Notes under the pieces: model-generated
What the model was told of the DNA's origin: nothing
The model's database searches: none
What the model saw: the letters and a program-made list of their open reading frames with translations, nothing else
Shown here: one piece after another, positions 39,797 to 52,619 of the stretch
Layout of the letters: every line of letters begins with the position of its first letter
How positions within the stretch are numbered: position 1 is the first letter of the stretch
Translations under genes and position numbers: made by a program
DNA from: Vezdaea acicularis
Lineage: Eukaryota
Reading direction: 5' to 3'
Assembly: GCA_026025075.1 (NCBI GenBank)
Contig: JAPEUI010000065.1
Span: 1 to 64,000 of the forward strand
DNA: 64,000 nucleotides

Positions 39797-40511
39797 AACG
39801 TCAGAATCCTCCAATTTCTAGGAGAACAGGGACAGATTAGGGGTGAAGTTAAAGCTTACATCTATGCCATTCTTCAGCCCTGTCGCTCATGATGACTGTT
39901 CAAATTGTTGACTATCTCAAGAACTGTAACCATGACAGTGATATCAGCAAGTTTTGTACACATTTGAAAAGGGCAGACGAGCGAGAGTAAGCCAGCACCA
40001 ACGCTCTGAGGACGGATCGAGCACGAGCAACAAAGGCCTTGGCTATAAGGATAGAAGACAAAGACGCGGAGCAGAGACTTCACCAAGTCAACAACACTCG
40101 CTATCGGCACCAGCAAAAAGCAAATTTGGCCGGCCCCTTAATGAGATGAACAGCAAGCTAAAGGTAACATCTAACTAGTAAAAGCGTGCTAAAGAAGTGT
40201 ATGCTTACCTAGTCGATGAACAGTGGCCAGATATAATATCACCGAAGAGAGTGATGAAAGAGACGAAACAAAGAGAAGCGAAATAAAAAGTGTGGAAGAG
40301 TCAGAAAAGAGACGTATTTCGCTTAGAAGGGGCTGAGTTTGTGTAGACGAGTCCGTTTTGCCGTGGCGTCATGGGGTTAGAGCCCCTCGCTGACCTCGCT
40401 GACCTCAGGAGAATTGCCGTGGCGATCCTACGCCTTTCCAGGTACCACGAAAAGTCCAATCCAACTGGTAGACCATGTTTCTTGTCCTTGCAGCGCAGTC
40501 TTGTCAGGGTT

Positions 40512-40969
40512 ATCTCCTTTAACCCCCTTAGAGCAATCCCATATGTTGCTTGCGTACAGCTTCTGTGGGTTCAAGGAGATCGCCTCCGTAGGTACGATGA
40601 ATAGCCCAATCCAGCTGGAAAACGATTCCATTTTCCCTACTCTACGATTCTTGCATTACAACCCCTTTTACCCCCTTAAAGTAATGCAACACCTTGCTTA
40701 CACACGTCTCTTGTGTGATAAGGGGAATCACCGCGGCAACAGGAACTCTTCGACACAAGACGAACGCGGTCAGAGTGTCCGGTCCAGCTTGTAGACCACA
40801 CTCTTTGCAGCGGCGCAGATCCTCTGAAGTTTGCCCCTTTTAGCTCAGCAATAAAACCCGTTGCCTTTGTGCAATCTTCAGTAGCTCAAGAGGGGGGAGA
40901 GGGGCGACATGGTAGCGGTACGCCTTACCAAGCGCCAGCAGAAGATTGGCATAGCGGCCAGCCAATACG

Positions 40970-41003
<34 letters not shown>

Positions 41004-41340
41004 GCTGAACTTTTATACTCTTTTACGATAAAAGTATAGGGATACGTCGTTTGCGTATAGCTCTCAACGAGTCAAGGGGGAGTCGCCGCGGCAACGCTAT
41101 TCCTCAAAGGGTACAAGGTAGGGGCTGGTCCAGTTGGTCCATGAAGCTCTTTCTGATTCTACTGGAGGTTCCGGTGAATCAAGACAAGCCCTCGATAGCA
41201 TCAACGGGAATACAGGGGGTACGTTGTTGTCCGTTACCGGGCGGCATATAGCGATGGCCAAGATGGTCCAGTCATTATGACGAACGTGTAGATCAGGCAA
41301 ATGAAAGCAATATACAGTCTTATCTGTATCAAACAAATAT
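40512..41340 (+). ncRNA. Candidate unannotated structured non-coding RNA (family unknown; boundaries approximate)
   Basis: At least nine local stems with no credible ORF; G-U wobble pairs favour the + strand. See findings. Confidence 0.4.
40972..41000 (+). repeat. (TC)n microsatellite, about 14 units
   Basis: Read directly from the sequence. Confidence 0.95.
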
Positions 41341-41493
41341 GAGAAACGTGGCAAGCAGTGAATGGAGTCACAGTGAGCATATCATTACCAGAGCGCGAAC
41401 GGCACGAGCCCTAACATCATTCGAATCATTTGATGCCAGCCCAGCAAAAAAGCCCCAATCGCAACCCCCCCTCCCCCCAACCCATCTCCTGAC

Positions 41494-42341
41494 CTAAAAA
41501 ATAGTTCCCACAATCTTCGAACCAATCGTCGCGCCCTAGGCAAAGTCAGCCAACCACCCAATCCACATCAGTCATCTTCCAACCCAGAAACAAAACTCCC
41601 AAACCAAGGAGAAAAAGGAGAGAGAGAAAAAACTCACCGCCCCAAACACGGCCGCATTGCCCAATTTCTTCCCAAACTTCTTGCCCTGCTCATTCATCTT
41701 ACTCGGCGGGCCCTGCACCTGCGCGTGCCCATCCTGCGCGCCCTGCGCCGTCTCAAGCGGAAGATTCCCATACCCACCACTCCCCTCCTCCACAACGCGG
41801 ACATAGTTGCGCGGGAAAATGCCCTCTTGGCCCGTCCGCTCGTTCCGGCCTTTCCACCACTCCGCGTTCGTGTATTCGTGCACGGCGATGCGGTCGTTAG
41901 GCGCGAGCACGCAGTCGCCGGGGTCGGTGCCGGGGTAGGCGTAGAGCGCTGTGGCGTGGGTCAGGGGTGGGGGCGCGTTGGTGGTGTAGGGCGGTGGGCC
42001 CGGAGGAGGGGCAGGGGCGTGGGCGTGGGGAAGCTTTTCGCTGAGGGCGTTCATGCTCCAGGGGTTTGGGGGATTGGGGGAGTGGACGGGTGGTGGGTTG
42101 TTGTTGGTGGTGGGGGGGTTCTGAGGAGCGGCGGCGGCGGCGGCTCTGCTGGTGGCGTTTTCGGGGAGTTGGGAGAGGATGGAACTTAGTTGTTGTGGAG
42201 TGATAATGTCGGAGTCGGCGAGGAATTCGAGTTCCTGAGGAGATGTCAGTTTGGAGCACTTGGGTATGGGAGATTGGGAGTGGGCACGTTTCGGATCGTC
42301 CGTAAGGACCGGTTTATCACTGCTTTCTCGCTGCCCGCCAT
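41494..42341 (-). CDS. SH3-domain protein, Pin3/Lsb1-like; introns 42287-42235 and 41637-41536
   Basis: INRSLRTIRN|ELEFLADS N-terminus, SH3 (ATALYAY...EWWKGRN...GIFPRNYV) and C-terminal KKFGKKLGNAAVFGA|GATIGSKIVGTIF. Confidence 0.85.
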
Positions 42342-43681
42342 CTTCGTGCTTTGATCTTTTGAAGATGAGCTAGTAAGTAGGAATTCAGGGTTATAGCTTT
42401 CTTTCGGTCGAGGGTAAGAAGCGCAGGTCTCATATACGGGCAGAACGAAGCAGGTTTGACATCCGAAGGTTGAATTCGTCAACGTCCCGTGGCTGAGCAT
42501 TTGATTGGTGGCGAGAATCGGAAACGCGCCAAGCGCCAATTGCCTTTCACGAGTCAATCCGCCGTCTAGATGAATCTCACCCAAAATACAAGTTCAGATC
42601 GTGATACTACTGCTAAAACGGCAAGAATAATATACTATATTTACTGTTTGAATTTTCCCCATCAATTCAAAATGTTGATGCGCAAAATCGTCGAAGTATC
42701 TCTCTCGTGGGAAAGGACTTTCGAATCGATTGAATATATCTCGGGCTTCACGTTCACCAAGGACTCCCGAAGCCGACAGCAAATTCACAGATTTACACCG
42801 ACAGCACTGAAAAATCGTTAGAGATATGTCACCACAAATCAATCAAGCAGAGAATAATCTAGTCCCATCTCGTCCCGTCCCAAACTCCCAAGTGAAGATG
42901 CAATCTCCAATCTCTCTCGCTCATTCGCGATGCCCCAAAGAGTCCTACCGCAGAATTACCCCCCAAAACCCTATCGCAACTAAGTAACCAGGCGGGCTCC
43001 CAGCCAGTACTAAAGCCAAGCTACACCAATCGTCTGCCCACGGAACATTTTACCTCAGCAGCAGTGCTCCAAGGGGGGGGGAGGAACCTTTCCGGTTTAG
43101 CCGCCCCGCAATCACCCACCAATGAATATGAACCGCAAAAAGTCAGCATAGGCAAAGAGCACGCGCACCATGAGACAGGACCAGTATGTTTGAAAAAGAA
43201 GGACGAAAAGGCATTTCTATAGCCCATTAAAAAGCCCTAACAAAAAATAGCGAGCGAGATATCTATCTACAGAGAGCGCCCCATCTAATCATATCATATA
43301 CAAGCGAATGTTGGGGGAACAAAAGCCGAGCAAAAGTTTCTTTTCGCAACGCCCCCAGATGCCAAGGAGGAAAGCCCCAAACACGCCAATTTCTCATGCA
43401 ATGCCCACCCCATTCAGATGCATGTCCCGAAGGAAAAAAGAGAGGAAGATATTGAAGAGAAGGGGAAGATAAAAGAAGGGAGGCGAATGTGGAAGCAAAT
43501 GACGCTATGCCAACGCGCGCAAAAGCCGTGCGAAAAAGATGAAGTGAAACGAGGGAGAAGAAGTAGAAGATGCGACGCCAGGGTGAAATGCTAGCAGACA
43601 AAGCAACGTTTGATGCAAGAAGTATCCTCGCAGAATAACAATGCCATAACGAGCTGCTGAAGAACGCTAGTCGAGTCGAGT

Positions 43682-44421
43682 CTAGTTGTAGAGCCAGTAC
43701 TGGGCGGCGTACTCGATGGAGAAGGCGGCTGACTGGCCAGCGCATGTAGCGGGAGCTTTGCCGCCGCTGGTCTCGACGCGGTAGACCTCGGAGAGGCCGA
43801 CGCTGCCGCCCTTGTCCTGAAGTTGGAGCCAGTCGACGGCGCCGGTGCCGGCTGGGCCTTTGCTGGCATTGGCTGGGGCGGGGATATCACCCGTCTTCTT
43901 GGCAATCAGGATGTCGCCGTCGTTGAATTGGAAGGTGGGGGAGCCGGCGGCGTTGAAGAAGTGGTGCCCGATGGGCTGGATCCTGCCGATGTTTTGGACA
44001 GGGAAGTCGAGGGGGTCAGGCAGGTAGGCAACGTATTGCGTGATGACGTTGAAGACGTCTTGGGATAACTGTAAGAGCACGCTCGCATCGTAAAGGGAGG
44101 CAATTGCGCCGATTGCGACTGGTGTTGCGGAAGACGAGGCACAGGTGTAGTTTTGAACGCCGCGGCCAAGAGCGACGTATTTGAGAGTTACGCCACTCGG
44201 AGCAGGTAGTTCGGAGCCGCCTATTGGAAGGAAAGTTAGTTCGAGGTAGCCGTAAAATGGATGTTTCCTCTTAGATCTGACTTACCACCATTTTTAGGAA
44301 GGCTATAGCGCGACAGATCAACTTGGTTCCTCGGCGTGAGCGGTGCCGGTGCAGCAGAAGCCAAATTGGAGAAGACCGCGAGGGCCGTGAGGAAAGTGGA
44401 AGCAATGCTGAGTGAAAGCAT
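43682..44421 (-). CDS. Secreted DUF3455-type protein (family often mislabelled malate dehydrogenase); intron 44285-44221
   Basis: Signal peptide MLSLSIASTFLTALAVFSNLASA; ALGRGVQNYTC, IGHHFF, AVDWLQL, VYRVETSGGKAPATC, EYAAQYWLY. Confidence 0.85.
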
Positions 44422-47010
44422 TTTGACGGATGCCGAGCAATTGACCAAGGCCTTGAAGAGAGTAACGGGCGAAAAGGAATAGCAAAGACAAGAGGTACAG
44501 AGATATAGAGAGACGGAGGCAGAGGTAGAGGAGCAGAGAGGAAGCTCGAGAGCGCGAGGGAGTAATACTACAGGAGATGGAGGAGGAAGAGCTCAAGGTG
44601 GGGGGGCGCGAGGGAAAATATATAGAATGCAGGAATCTGGGGATTGATCCTCAAGATAGCCGCTAGCAGGCCCAACGGAGAGAAACAAGCGAGAGATGAA
44701 GGGATTCGATATGCACGACGATATGCAGGAGTGATCCCTCGTCATGGGTGATCCCTGGAACCTTATACCTTGCGTTCTGACCCAAATCGCGGCCCGGCAA
44801 TCTGGAATCGGTCGAGACATCCCGTCGCATGGCCGACAGGAAAAATGACTCCGGCTAGGACTCTTTCGCGTCGACGAGTCTATAATTGCACGTTTTTTGC
44901 GCCGGTGGAGTTTGACAGCAATAGCGCAAGCCGGAAAAAGTCTGGGCTCGCTGACGCCCGTAGACTCGTTCGAGGTCTAGCGCAGCCGTGGAAGAACCAG
45001 CCCGCTCCGCGCCTCCGTCGATTTCGGGACAAGGTGGGTCGGCAGCTACCCTCGAACGGCCGCGCAATTCATAGATCTGAGATCCCGGTTCGGGGCATGC
45101 TCCTGGACAAGCCTCTGCCGTCCTCTCACCCTTGAGATCCAATGAGCGCGACGTGTGAGGGCGGGCACCAGGTCGAGGTTTGAGGTGCCTCGCCATGTCA
45201 CTGCTTGGCCCTGCTGCTGCGCGTCCACGGGGTGAAGATCGACACTTGAGCATCCTCAAGTTGTTACAGCGCAGTCGGACCGTGGTCGAGGAGAAAACAG
45301 AGACTCGGTCGACCTGCAGCGAGAGAATTGGCAGCTGTGCGCAATCCATGGCGCGGTAACGCTGGGGGGCTGCCCGTTTCTGCCCTGCCTGCTGGTGAGG
45401 TCGAGACTGAGATTGCTCCTCAAGCCCCATCCCAAACACGCTGCATCGGTTCATGCAAGCCTCATCACAACCCCCCAAATTTATAGCATATCGGCCGCCC
45501 GCTAGACCCATTCGAGTCAAATTAGCCGTCTTTTTCTTCTTCGGCAGCGCTCGGCACTCCATCTGTTTTGTCGGGTCGTCGGCTCCGTTCACGTCTTTGT
45601 CGCACCGCAGCATGTCTCTCTTGTCGTCGGATGAGGATCTCGACCGGTTTGCAGCATGCAGTTCCGTAGTGGGGGTTGGAAAGGGCCAGACATGCAGCAA
45701 TGCGTCTGGTGACACGGTCCACGAAACTCCATACACAAGAAGGATGAGCTTTGCGCTTTACGCTCTCGCGACCTGGCGTGCAACCATAGGCTTGGCTCGG
45801 CGGTTGCTCGAGCTGAAGCGGAACCATTTGCTCCATGCAACGGCCAGATCTGCCTCAAACTGGAATGCTGTGCGTCTGGCGTCTCCTGCGGCAAGGCCTT
45901 GACTAGAAACTCACCACCTGCGAAGATTTCACCAGGCCACAGGAAAGCGGTCGCTCATGGCGCTTAGGGCTCTGGCTGTCGTTAATCGGCATGGAAACGG
46001 CCCGTCTATTCTGGAACGGGAGCATTTAGCGGAACAAACGCCAAGCAAATGCCAAATAGCCCGACTGGGCGGCTTGGCGAGGCAGCATGGTAGAGTCGCT
46101 GCATCTCCCCAGTTCCGGCGTGGAGCTAATTGTGCCACGGCGGTTATGTCTGCTGCCAAACCGAAAGCGTGTGGGAGGTGGATCAAGAGACCGTAAATTA
46201 GCTGCAAAACCGTTTTTCGCTGCTTCTGAGAATAGACGCGTGAGTCAATAATGTCTTGGGAGAGATCATATTGACTCGTCAGCCTCCGTCGCGAAGAGTG
46301 GAGTCTTGACGCCGTCCTTTATGAGTTCCACTTCCAATTCGTCTGCTTTACCGACTGTCAGAATGTCGCCATCCTTTACGTCTATCGTTTTGACCGTGCC
46401 GCATGGGTACTGGTGCCATGTGTAAACTCTGAGCTTTCGATGACCCCACGACCTGGTCGTCGATGTTGGGAGCTGGCCAGAGGGGACCATGGTTGTCCGA
46501 GCGTTCGAAACCTTGCGCTCTAGTTTGTTTCTGGGGTCGATCCCGTGTCCCCGCATGGAAAGCAAAACCTTATGGCCAGTAGACTCGTAGCGTGATGAGG
46601 ATCTGGATAAGACAAGTGCAATCGAGTGAACCGGGGCCGAGTCCCGAGCACCCTCGACCAGTTCCTTGGGTGAATCAACCTAAAAAGCTCTCACCAACAT
46701 GATCCTTTAGCATCCGCGAACCATTACTTGCCAGATACTGGGCCACCAACTCAACGAGACCAACGACACACAAGCATGAGCTGGAGAGGATGAAGTCCCA
46801 AAGCAGGACCGAGTATTCAATTTTCGATATTATTGTACAGAGTAAAATCACAGGTCGAGAGCGATACGACGCACTCAAGCTAGCTCCGTTTTGCCGCCAC
46901 AAACTCCAATGCAGATGGTAATCCCCGTGACCATGTTGGTATGCAAACAAGACAAGCTCCGCGGTTGGAGAGAATGTGAGATGAGCGGTCAAACTCGAAG
47001 ACGCCCTCTT

Positions 47011-47871
47011 CTAGTCCTCCTCGAACGGGTCGTGGATGTCCATTGAGGGCGTCTCTACTCTCGGACTAGTGTTGTCATTACCATTGTGGAATACCCGCTT
47101 CCATGGGCCTTCACTTCCAGAGGCAGCCTCGCGGTCTTTCCTCATGCCTTCCAACACTCCGACTAAGCCGCCCCTTCGCATTCTCTCTAAGACAACTTTC
47201 ATTCCCTCTTTACTATTCTTAAGTTGATCGGCTGACTTGCGTAGGCCGATCAGCTCTATCGACCGCTGAATGCCATTGGTAGACAAAGAAGCGAAAAACC
47301 CTGGCTTCGGCTCATCTTCAATATTGATGGCTCCGGTCTCCTCCGTCCGTGATGTTTTCCTTTTCTTGCTACCTAGGAGCACTTTCTGTCCAAACCGAGA
47401 TTGAAAAGTAACCGTAGTGGTAACATCTGTGATGTTCCCTGGACCGGCTGTTTCGCCACCCGATTGTCTGCCCTCGTCATCCAATGTTTTGACCCGAGGT
47501 CGCTGAAAATGTTGTGTCTCCACGACGCTCAAGATGCCCGTCCATTCTAGATTCCGGTTCTCTGCCTTCATCCATCCCTCCCTCACATCTACCACGCTCT
47601 TCTCAAGGATATACGACTCGCTCGACCCGTTTCGCGTCGAACCAAGAAAAGACCTCGGGAGAAGCTTGACGACCGCGGCTGGTATCTTCCCACGCTTGAG
47701 ATGGAGCCTAGTCGTATATAACCTTTGGGTTGTGGGGTCGAAATAGCGGTCGATGACGTCCGTAGAGAGGACGTGAGTAGAGTAGGGGTTTGGGTACCGA
47801 AGGAAGTAGGCTAAAGTGACGGCTGGGAAGGAGTAATCATAGCTGAAGGCACTCTCGTAGAATTTGACCAT
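47011..47871 (-). CDS. UPS1: PRELI/MSF1-domain mitochondrial lipid-transfer protein Ups1
   Basis: YDYSFPAVTLAYFLRYPNPYSTHVLSTDVIDR, NRNLEWTGILSVVE, SKEGMKVVLE. Confidence 0.88.
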   Translation of the reverse strand: MVKFYESAFSYDYSFPAVTLAYFLRYPNPYSTHVLSTDVIDRYFDPTTQRLYTTRLHLKRGKIPAAVVKLLPRSFLGSTRNGSSESYILEKSVVDVREGWMKAENRNLEWTGILSVVETQHFQRPRVKTLDDEGRQSGGETAGPGNITDVTTTVTFQSRFGQKVLLGSKKRKTSRTEETGAINIEDEPKPGFFASLSTNGIQRSIELIGLRKSADQLKNSKEGMKVVLERMRRGGLVGVLEGMRKDREAASGSEGPWKRVFHNGNDNTSPRVETPSMDIHDPFEED

Positions 47872-47991
47872 CTTGCCTGCAGTGAGGGCATTGTATGATG
47901 GCCGACGTTTTCATGACTTGGTGACGCCCTCGAAAGGAGCTCTGGTGAGAATGAGAAGTCACTCTCGAAACGAAATCTCATTCCATCATCA

Positions 47992-48000
47992 GTCACGTGA
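47992..48000. promoter_or_regulatory. Palindromic E-box GTCACGTGA in the ~250 bp divergent UPS1/WRS1 promoter
   Basis: Exact TCACGTGA palindrome roughly midway between the two divergent ATGs. Confidence 0.45.
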
Positions 48001-48118
48001 TCACGGGAAGCCGAAGTGCCCGTATGCCCCGCGGTGAATCACTCACTCGCATGAAAGTATTTCCGGCCGTTTTATAGCAAGCTGATGACAGTTTCATTGA
48101 GAGCTGACACAGAGCAAA

Positions 48119-49486
48119 ATGACCACTGTGCAGGCCGAACAAGATGTCAATCCGTGGTCCGTCAGTGGGGAGATCGTCGACGGCGTACCTATCGCCATTG
48201 ACTACATGAAATTGATCAACCAGTTCGGTACACAAGCCATTGACGTTAACCTACTAAAACGGTTTGAAGCTGTGACGGGGCATAAACCGCATCGATTGAT
48301 GCGCAGAGGCATAGTCTTTAGCCACCGAGATCTCACAATCATACTCGATCGCCATGAGCAAGGTAAACCATTTTTCCTGTACACCGGGCGGGGTCCCAGT
48401 AGTGACAGCATGCACATTGGGCATTCAATCCCTTTCGCTTTTACAAAGTAAGCATATTCCTCCAACTAGCCTGAGACAGCTAAGCTAACCCTGCACTAGA
48501 TGGCTGCAGGACGTCTTCGATGTACCTCTAGTCATCATGCTCACGGATGACGAGAAGTACCTCTTCAAGCCCGAGCTCGAGATCGAAGACATCGTAAGGT
48601 TTACGGACCAAAATGCGCGAGATATAATATCATTTGGGTTCGACCCTGCGAAGACCTTCATATTCAGCGACTTTGACCAAATGGGTGGGGCTTTCTACAA
48701 GAACGTAATACGCGTATCTAAGCATGTTACACAAAGCCAAATAAGAGGCATATTCGGCTTCAAACCAGAGTAAGGGCTCCCATGGCTTCCCTCTAAGCTT
48801 TCAACTTCTAACACCGCGCTCCTTCTAGAGACAACAGCGGCAAATGGTTCTTCAGCAACGTCCAAGCCGCAACATCCTTTGCCTCAACCTTCCCACACAT
48901 CTTCCCCCCCTCAAAAGCCACCAACACAATCCCCTCCCTCATCCCCTGCGCAATCGATCAAGACCCCTACTTTCGTATGACGCGCGACGTCGCCGGCCGC
49001 CTCAAATATGCGAAGCCAGCTCTCATCCACGCTCAATTCCTGCCCGCCCTGCAAGGCCCAGGCTCCAAGATGTCCGCCTCCATCGACAGCAGCGCCATCT
49101 TCATGAAAGACACACCCAACGCCGTCAAGAAGAAAGTCAACAAGTACGCCTTCTCCGGCGGACAAGCCACCGCGGAGGAGCAGCGCAAGCAAGGCGGTGA
49201 CCCGGACGTCGACGTCAGTTTCCAGTACCTCCGCTTCTTCCTCGAGGACGACGCCCTGCTCGAGGAGACCCGTCTCAAATACCGTAAGGGCGAGATGCTC
49301 TCGGGCGAGTTGAAGCAGCTCTGCATCAAGGAGCTGCAGTCCTACGTGCTCGAGTTCCAGGAGCGCCGCGCGAAGGTCACGGATGAGGTGCTGAAGGAGT
49401 TTATGAGCGTGCGGCCGCTGACGTGGGGCACGTCGCGCCGCGAGATTCCGCTTAGGCCGAAGGAGCTGACTACTATAGAGTCATGA
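48119..49486 (+). CDS. WRS1: Cytoplasmic tryptophanyl-tRNA synthetase; introns 48448-48499 and 48770-48828
   Basis: [15 protein letters not shown] (HIGH), [29 protein letters not shown]. Confidence 0.96.
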
Positions 49487-50054
49487 ACGATTGGGGGGGG
49501 GTGTCGGTGGCGTTACTAAAAGTAGATATGCGGAATATAATGCGCGGCGTCTACTTTTATCTGGCTCGTAACGGGCTGGACGATGGAATTTTTTTAAAGT
49601 GATGGTTCTATGTTTGTAGAGGGGCGCAGTTTTGCGGGGCCCCCAACCTCTAGATCGAGGTCTCGCTTTTCGTCTATAAGCCTAAAATGTGAGAATCGAC
49701 CGTGGGCGAGACGGAATAGGATAAGGCGCTAGGAAATGGTAGAAATCTAGGGCAGTCAAGAGTTGAGAGCTTCACTTCATGGCCTTGCCAACGGAACAAG
49801 CTACAATAATTCATCTAGGCCCGACTTAAGCCGATGGGTCCCTCCGCAAATATCCAGTAGTGCGTAAAGAGAAAAACGAGATGCCTCTTCCCAGTCCCAG
49901 TCCCCGACACCTGAACCTGTGTTGCCCCTGCCCCCTCTCCAGTCCTTGAGCCCTAGGTTAAAATGATGTTAGGAAAGGCTAGTCCTAAACGATTCCCCCA
50001 CTAAGCTATCTCGATAGCCTGTGGATCCAACCCATGGCAAGAGAATATCACTTT

Positions 50055-51891
<1,837 letters not shown>

Positions 51892-52619
51892 AGTTTCGAG
51901 TAATTTGAGCTCCGAGGATGACCTTACAAGAAAGAGCCAAGCTCACCAAGACCGCGTGGGGTATATGAATGCCGGTAAAATGCGCGTACGTTCAAAACGC
52001 AAAGAGGTTATTTATTGATTGCAGTAGAACTTAGCATGAGTTGATAACCGCTGGTGCTGTTGGCTTGGCCTTTTGCCGAAACTTCTGATTGGGATGTTAT
52101 GACAGACGGTCGAGGATCTAAATAGGCTGAGCGCTTGCCTGAAATAACACCCTTTGGAGCGAGCGTGATAAAAGCGTCTATGGGGGCGATGAAGAGTGTG
52201 ACAGAGTTAGCCTCAGGCATAAGCTTTCATTTGGCTGAGCTTCGATGGATTCCGCCAGCTCTAACCGTTAAGTGGGCTGAAGATGAGGCGACAGGGATAT
52301 TCTGACGACCCCGCCGTAAGCGGGATGTAGCTGGCGGGGAATGCATGCGCGCAATCACGATAAGCTACCTCCAAAGTCATTCACCAAAGGTTTTACATCA
52401 AGATGTAGCTGATGAATGTATCATAGCTCTAGAAATCTTGATACATGATGATGAAATAAGACATCGGCCTGCACTGATTCGCGGCAGTGATGCTCACTTG
52501 AAGCTAGGCCTAAACTGATTCTACGAAGCTGTTGGACGGTTAAAGGGCTTGGATTTAGATAGACACTTGTGATTTTGGGAGCATTTCACGTACCAATTTC
52601 ATACACCTAAGGGATTTGA

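Noticed and set aside
40833..40905. tRNA-like start GCCCCTTTTAGCTCAG
   Set aside because: No T-loop GTTCRA and no cloverleaf; treated as one stem of the larger structured region.
40321..41400. Telomerase RNA, RNase MRP/P, snR30 or group I intron identity for the structured region
   Set aside because: No TAACCCTAA template, no complementary P4 halves, no AAACCAU m2 motif and no ordered P/Q/R/S core. Only partial look-alikes.
27234..49486. trpC and WRS1, or the several RNA-processing genes, as a functional gene cluster
   Set aside because: They are separated by unrelated housekeeping genes and I saw no shared motif. Chance proximity is sufficient.
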